Origin: Craspedostauros australis
Taxonomy: Eukaryota
Reading direction: 5' to 3'
DNA: 38,069 nucleotides
NCBI GenBank assembly: GCA_030167865.1
Contig: JALAGF010003588.1
Location: forward strand, 1 to 38,069
In this document: positions 31,725 through 38,069 of the stretch, piece by piece
How the letters are laid out: every line of letters begins with the position of its first letter
How positions within the stretch are numbered: the stretch's first letter is position 1
Program-made: the position numbers and the translations under genes
The notes under the pieces: generated by a model
What the model saw: the letters and a program-made list of their open reading frames with translations, nothing else
What the model was told of the DNA's origin: nothing
Databases searched by the model: none

Positions 31725-33301
31725 ATGGATCGCGATTCCCTCGTTTACAAGGCCAAGCTCGCCGAGCAGGCCGAGCGCTTCGATGAGATGGTAAGGCAAC
31801 AATGAAAGTCTTGCTCGTCTGCGTCTGTTGGCATTTGGATGGCAGCAGGAGCCGTGTGAACCACGACGGCGATAGGGCACCAAAGTCATCGAAGGCATTG
31901 AGGACAAGAGGACAACAAACCGCAGCGAGGCTGTGATCAGCATTGCGCTGGTTGCATAGATTTCTTCCCGCCTGTGCTTGTTCCTGTGCCTGATTCGGGT
32001 CATTTGCCCGCAAGGCTTCACGTGATGCGTGTCAGCAACCATCCTGCACAGCCAGCTTCGCATTCCGCCTTTGGCGCAGATCCGGAAGCAAGATGGCGAA
32101 GTCTCCACGCAATGCAATGCCTGCGACCTCTACAACAGCGCCATCGCTCATGCGCACACACGCATCCATTTGCACATCCAGTCTCTCACACCAACTTATT
32201 TCTCCGCTTTGAACACCTCGTAATCGACATCGACAAACAAACGACACCAACTTTGTGACAACGCAAAATGGTTGACATGATGGCACTATGACCCACTTGG
32301 ATTATGACCTGGATCTGGGCAACGCTATCTTGCGATTCATCCATGTGCACACACATGCGCTCATTGCATCAATTCATCCACACAACCAATCCAAACAACA
32401 ACGACATGCGTCATGATTGGTAATGATGATGATGATGATAACAACAATGACTCGACATGTTCGCTTCTGCAACTGCGCATGCGCAAACTTGTGTACAATC
32501 CGCGACTGGGTCTACACATTTGCGATTCAACAACCGTGTGCAACTGGTTATCTCTGTCGTTGTCATTGTTGCTGGGGTCATCACACCTGATGTCGATGTC
32601 ACATCACATCAAATCGACGATGAAACCAACAGGTCACCGACATGAAGGAGGTTGCCAAGCAGCCGCAGGAGCTAACCGTTGAGGAGCGCAACCTCCTCTC
32701 CGTTGCCTACAAGAACGTCATCGGATCTCGCCGTGCCTCCTGGCGCGTTGTCACCAGCATCGAGCAGAAGGGAGATGCTGAGAAGATGGAGATCATCAAG
32801 GACTACAAGGCCAAGATCGAGGCCGAGCTCGTCGAGATCTGCAACGACATCCTCGGAATCATCGAGGAGTCCCTCATTCCAAACTCCACCTCCGAGGAGG
32901 CCAAGGTCTTCTACTACAAGATGAAGGGCGACTACCACCGATACCTCTCCGAGTTCCAGACCGGAGACACACGAAAGCAGTCCGCCAGCGCCGCCCTCGA
33001 TGCCTACCAGGCCGCCAGCGGAATCGCCTCCTCCGACCTCCCACCAACACACCCAATCCGTCTCGGTTTGGCCCTCAACTTCTCCGTCTTCTACTACGAG
33101 ATCCTCAACTCCCCAGACCGTGCGTGCCAGATCGCCAAGCAGGCGTTCGACGATGCCATTGCCGAGCTCGACACACTGAACGAGGAATCCTACAAGGACT
33201 CCACCCTCATTATGCAGTTGCTCCGCGACAACCTGACACTGTGGACCAGCGACCAGGCAGATGCCGATGGCGCCGACAAGGCCGAGGACCAGGGCGAGTA
33301 A
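31725..33301 (+). CDS. 14-3-3 protein; join(31725..31790,32633..33301)
   Basis: Exon 1 [22 protein letters not shown], donor GTAAGG at 31791, acceptor AACAG at 32632. Exon 2 VTDMKEVA...[14 protein letters not shown]...KMKGDYHRY...[16 protein letters not shown]...[18 protein letters not shown]. Confidence 0.97.
31791..32632 (+). other. Spliceosomal intron (842 nt) of 14-3-3
   Basis: Phase-0 GT...AG; required to restore the conserved AERFDEM-V N-terminus. Confidence 0.92.
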
Positions 33302-33739
33302 GCTCTCCGCAACCTGACATGCACGAACGTGGATGCGTGTCGGTTTGGCCATCTTTTTGTTGGGATCATACATTGTTAGTGACGATAGTCTAGTTCTACT
33401 TGATCGACTCGCACTCTATTCCATCCAGTCTTTCTTGCTGTTGAGGTTGCTGGCTTGCACGGTACGTCCCGTGGCTGGATGTCGTGTTCACTCATGCATC
33501 AGTGGGCTGTTGTTACCAGCGTAGATCATACTCTTGCTGCGCAAGGACAGCACTCCCCCAGTATGCCTCGCACAATTGACGGCGTCGCGTGACATGGGAG
33601 CATCAGAAAGGCTAACACGCAAACAGTCGTTGGTTACTTGTTGTGGTATTACAGTTGCTTGTTTGGACCCGCCGCTTCAGCCTGTGCCACGCTTGGACAC
33701 ACGCACACGTGCACACATCGACCTGCGCAGTGAAAACGA

Positions 33740-35097
33740 TCAATGGCAGTCTCCGCTCCTCAACTCCCGAACGATGTCCAAGTAGCCAGGAGCCTCGGGT
33801 GATACCAAACCCGTCCGCACCAGATAGTCAATAATCACGACGTAACAGTTGGGTTTGATGGGATCGTGGAAGTCCGGCGACATGGACTTCTTCACCTCGT
33901 CGATGGACCAAAGGAAGAACTCCTCGGCTTCACCATCGACCGGAGTCGGTTTGAACGTCTCCGGCAAGTACAGATCGAAGGCGTACAGCACACACCGCGT
34001 CAGCCGCTCACGCTTCGGCTCAAACGTCTCATAGCTGATCAACCCCGCCGGTTTCAAGCCCGCGATTGCCACATCCTCCGGGATGCCTGCCTCCTCCGAA
34101 CATTCCTTGATGCAATTCTCGATCAACCCCAACCCAGATGGCTGCCCGCCGGCAACCACATGATCCAGCATGCCGGGGCATTTCGATTTCGTCTTGGATC
34201 GACGTCCGATCCACATTCTCGGCTCCTCCAGAACATTCGTCTGGACCAGACCGTTGATGTGGACTCCGTATTCCACGGCACCGAGCAAGGACACCGCGGA
34301 TCGTTCGCAATGCAGCAGAGGTTCGTTGTAGAAGGAGTCCGATATCGCGTACGTCTCGTCTCTCCAACCCTTGACGATGCCGTCATCACGCAGCCGCAGC
34401 ATGACCTTTTCGACAGCTTCGCTTCGGGATTCCACGGTGCTACCGACGGATTCCGACAATGTGAGGTAGGATGCTGTGCTGTCTCCACCCGCGGACATTC
34501 CGTCATTGTCGCTGGTGGCGATGGTGAAGACCTGCTCTCCGCCACAATCCACATCGCACAGCATTTTGGCAGTGTTGGGGGACACCTGTGTGTACGTAGG
34601 ATATGGTGGAGTTTGTGTGTAGTGTTGCAGGAGTAGAGATGGGAGCAAAGATGGGTTCATTGTGTTTGAGTGCGATAGCTCAGCAAGACGAACGCGGCAA
34701 CCTTGATGCAGCATGCGTCGAATTCAACGAGCATGAAGGATGACGTCGCATGAGAGATCTGAGCGCAGCCCACAAACGCAATGGATCGTACCTTGCCCAA
34801 CGACACGCCATCGAGCTTGAATTCCAGCAGACTGCGTCGAACATCATCAGGCACTTGATTGACTTGACGGATGCGATACAGCATGTTCTGCACCACTTGG
34901 GTTTCATCTGGCATCGACCATCGTGCAATCGACGGCATGACCGCGGCTGGGAAAATGTGCGCGCGCTGCCGAACAGATGAAAAGGCAACACATTGTGATG
35001 CCTTGCCACTCAGCATCGAAAGTCGGAGAGTGAAGCTTGCCAACATCGTCAATCGCAACGCCATGGTGGGGTGGGATATTATACACCTTTTGTCCAT
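33740..35097 (-). CDS. Nudix hydrolase (plant NUDX20/yeast YJR142W-like), possibly plastid-targeted; complement(join(33740..34585,34792..35097)); start 35097 or 35064
   Basis: GWRDETY, ERSAVSLLGAVEYGVHING, WIGRRSKTK..PGMLDHVVAGG, Nudix box GGQPSGLGLIENCIKECSEEAGI, KPNC. Donor AAG|GTACG at 34791 and acceptor CACAG| at 34586 join LGK-VSP in frame. The N-terminus has a VA-F motif resembling a bipartite presequence. Confidence 0.88.
34586..34791 (-). other. Spliceosomal intron (206 nt) of the Nudix gene
   Basis: GT...AG on the minus strand, phase 0, links ORFs 34657..35172 and 33740..34714. Confidence 0.82.
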
Positions 35098-35596
35098 GTC
35101 TGATTCGTCGGTGGTGTGTTGGGTATTGGTTGGTGCGAAAGAAGATGGTGTTCGGAGGTGACTTTGGCGCAAATGGCGCGGTGTGTGTTGGTTGGATTTG
35201 TCTTGTTTGATGGGTCATCTCTGAGAACCGCGATGCTGGCCTCCCTTTGGAACACGCGCATGTGCACGTGCCATGTGACGAGCAGCTGTTGTACCGGCAC
35301 GGATACTTTCTCGCCTGTGCTCAACCGACCAAACACTTCTTTTGGCATCAAGGAAGAGATAACCACGACCAAGCAAGCGCAGCCAAGGGAAAGAAAGGAA
35401 AGGTGTCATTGACGAGTACCGTTTGAACAGGAATGTGTCTCTAGCTCGCATTGGTAGAGTGTTCTGCTCTGCTATATTAGTACCATGATTAACTTCACCT
35501 TGCTCTATTGTACATATCTCATGAGCTATTTGCGCACTGATTGCCCACTTGACGCACACGCGAACACGTACGCTCGTACTTCTACCATACACTACT

Positions 35597-36595
35597 CTAC
35601 TTCAAGTGCGTCTCCTGCTTGTCGGCAGGGAAGGTGGAGAGCCGTTTGTAGTCCCAGTCTGTGCGCTTCGGTGGGAAGTTGCCACTCCTGAGCTCTTGCA
35701 TGGTGCTGATGATCTGCCGTTGGTTGTTCATGACGATCGGACCATGCCACGCGATGGGTTCCTTCAGCTTCTTGCCAGCAAACAGCATGGCCTTGCCACC
35801 CTTCTCGCACGCCTTGATTTGAAATGCCCGCTTGTCATCGACTGTGGCATCGAAGAGGACGATCTGGCCTTCATCCACGGGACCTTCCTCGTTGACATTA
35901 TCCAATCCACCTTCGTACACGTACAGCATGGCCGTGTCCAATCCAACTGCGATATCGAAGGACGTCGCTTGGTTCGCCGGGACTTCGAAGTCGATCATCT
36001 GAACATCCTGCGTCGTCTGGAACGGCCCCACCTTGCCGAAGGCTTCACCAGCAAGCAACCGAGCCGTGGTGTCGGCGGTATCGCCATCATTCTCCAACGT
36101 GATCAACGGCAGATCCGCCGACGGCACAGTCCCGTACCGCGGATCGTCCATCTTCTTCGTGCCCGGCACGTTGATCCAAATTTGAAAGCCTTGCACGAAG
36201 GTCCCCTTCTCATTGGCACCACCTTCGGCATGCACGACGCCGCTGCCGCACGACATCCATTGCATGCCGGGTGTGGCGTAGGTCTCGCGGTTGCCCAAAC
36301 TGTCGCCGTGCCGGCCGGTGCCCGACTTGAGGTACGAGGCGATGTCGAATCCGCGGTGCGGATGCCAGTCGATGGGGAAGTCGTCGGGGTCCGTGACGGG
36401 GCCTTGCTTCTCCTTCATGCCGAAGTAATCGCACATGAGGAAGGGGTCGGCGTCTTCCTTGGGGATGCCGGCCGGGAAGGCCTGCAGCACGCTGCGGTGA
36501 TCGCCGAAGGGGTACGTGACGCCTTGACGCGCGATTTTGCGGATGCCCATCAACATCGTTGTCGTTGCTGCTTTGCAGACGTTGTTGGTTTTCAT
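35597..36595 (-). CDS. Pirin family protein (bicupin)
   Basis: DPFLMCD, HPHRGF, HGDSLG, MQWMSCGSGVVHAE, FQIWIN, EPIAWHGPIVMN. First ATG at 36595; alternatives at 36556 and 36550. Confidence 0.92.
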   Translation of the reverse strand: MKTNNVCKAATTTMLMGIRKIARQGVTYPFGDHRSVLQAFPAGIPKEDADPFLMCDYFGMKEKQGPVTDPDDFPIDWHPHRGFDIASYLKSGTGRHGDSLGNRETYATPGMQWMSCGSGVVHAEGGANEKGTFVQGFQIWINVPGTKKMDDPRYGTVPSADLPLITLENDGDTADTTARLLAGEAFGKVGPFQTTQDVQMIDFEVPANQATSFDIAVGLDTAMLYVYEGGLDNVNEEGPVDEGQIVLFDATVDDKRAFQIKACEKGGKAMLFAGKKLKEPIAWHGPIVMNNQRQIISTMQELRSGNFPPKRTDWDYKRLSTFPADKQETHLK

Positions 36596-37438
36596 GGGTC
36601 GAGTGGAATGGGGTGGGATGGACAATCGCTTGATGTCTTTGTTCTTTTGCTATTCAGATCTCTCTGCTGATTGTCTGCTGATTGTCTCTTTCACTTCTCG
36701 CTTTGATCGAATTTGTGAGAACGAGTTGCTCCTGTGATGCTGCAAGTCAGAGTATGATAGAGCAGTATAATCGTAATAGTAATATGAATGTGCTCGTAAC
36801 ATGGACCAGCATCCCCCCATCACATCACTACCGCCGCTTCGAACCGCCTCTACTTCTCCGATTGCGGTTCTTGCTTCCGTCTGCGATCTTTCTTGGTCAT
36901 CATTGCTGTCGGCGATGTTTGATTGTGCACTTGGATGTTCGATGTTGTTCACGTCGTTGATATTGGAGCCACGACCGCACGAACCGGAGACATGGAGCTA
37001 CGATCGCATGAATCGGAAACACAAAAGATACGACGACCACACAGCAGCGATCAAGACGCAACAGCAAAGAGAAACGAGAAGGCAAACATCGAAAACGTGC
37101 ACGAACGCTGATGGAACAGAACAAAGCGAAACACAACAAAAGTAGCAAGGTATGCCTCATAATCCCTACACAACACAGTTAGCACACACACTGATCATCC
37201 ACAGTCGTTACCATCAGCCCAGATTCCAATAGTTTATCAGGACCTTCGNCTCACTGATCGTTCCCGGACGCTTGCTGTTGCCGTTGCCGCCGCCGTCGCC
37301 GTTCGCCGTTTGATTGAGGCATTGAGGCATTTTGGGGCAGTTTGGTTTTGAGGCACTTCTTCGCGCGGAGGATTCGACTGTTGGGGGGGATACCTGGCGC
37401 TATCTCGAACTGAGACTGCTACGCACTGCGCTTGCATC

Positions 37439-38069
37439 ATGATGGCTCGCTCTGTTGAGGGGATTGTCACCACATCCGGTTTCCGGATGCCCCGCGAGCC
37501 GCCTGACAAGACAAAGCAAACCGTCGAATTCCTCCGCACCGTCCTCGGGTTTTCCGAACCCTTCATCTACCTCGCCCCGATGTTTGAGACCAAGCAAGCA
37601 CGCGATGGCCTGGATATCAAACGCGTCCTCCGGAGGGTGGGATTCCTCTCACGTCTACAGACTGGATCTATATTGATCCACCTGCGATGCCCCGCCACAA
37701 CCTGCTCGCTTATCCCAGACTTGATTGCGCTCCATCGCTTTCGCGCGTACATCGAGAAGGATTTGGAGACCATCGCTCCAAATCAAGTTCTTGAACCAGA
37801 TCCTGACGACATAACCAAGGATGCATATGCAGCTTTTTGTGACACAGTGCTGTCCCCAATACAGGACATCACCAAGGCAGTCATCTCACACGACAAGCAC
37901 GCACAGAAGAACTCTGCGACATGGTTCGGTATCCCTGAACTCACTCCGACCGCATGGCTCAAGTGCATGAAAGGGGGTTATGACAGTAACTTCCCGCCAG
38001 AAATATATGGCGACTTGGCCACTTTGCCATCACCTCCAGCCATCAACATCATGACACCATGTACTTCCG
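37439..38069 (+). mobile_element. 3'-partial open ORF (at least 210 aa), possibly gag of a Ty1/copia-type (CoDi) LTR retrotransposon
   Basis: Translated by hand; absent from the track because it has no stop: MMARSVEGIVTTSGFRMPREPPDKTKQTVEFLRTVLGFSEPF...LIALHRFRAYIEK...DITKDAYAAFCDTVL... Codon usage is less biased than host genes. The gag resemblance is a loose recalled pattern; no RT or integrase motif is visible. Confidence 0.35.

Noticed and set aside
11679-35170. E2F-like sites (GCGGGAAAA at 11679; TTTGGCGC near 16957, 32070, 35163 and on the minus strand near 26361; CCCGCCAAAA near 26192)
   Set aside because: A degenerate 8-mer is expected several times in 38 kb by chance; no conservation data to support function.
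1-38069. CRISPR arrays, rRNA, prokaryotic operons
   Set aside because: No regularly spaced repeat-spacer pattern or rRNA signature; all repeats are short tandem or coding repeats and the DNA is intron-containing eukaryotic sequence.

Overview
Eukaryotic nuclear DNA, most likely from a pennate diatom. This is inferred from GT-AG introns, bipartite plastid-targeting presequences with an AF motif and a diatom-style secreted PT-repeat protein; the species cannot be fixed from sequence alone. Left to right: (1) a ~1,600-aa secreted mosaic adhesin/mucin-like protein, two exons, starting just left of the window; (2) tRNA-Val(AAC); (3) a very short FAD-binding monooxygenase-like protein; (4) two disordered minus-strand proteins sharing a C-terminal motif and flanking EME1; (5) a nucleoside hydrolase with a C-terminal TM helix; (6) a third disordered protein; (7) a class 1A dihydroorotate dehydrogenase with a hydrophobic C-terminal tail; (8) plastid IscA/SufA; (9) the E2F partner DP (2 exons); (10) 14-3-3 (2 exons); (11) a Nudix hydrolase (2 exons); (12) pirin; (13) after a single N, an open ORF running off the right edge that may be a retrotransposon gag. 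Most interesting: the repeated unnamed Cys-rich domains, RKL sites and bacterial-style vWA domain of the secreted protein, the shared C-terminal motif of the two disordered proteins, the possibly tail-anchored class 1A DHODH, and the minimal flavoprotein. All family calls come from motifs read by eye; no searches were run.
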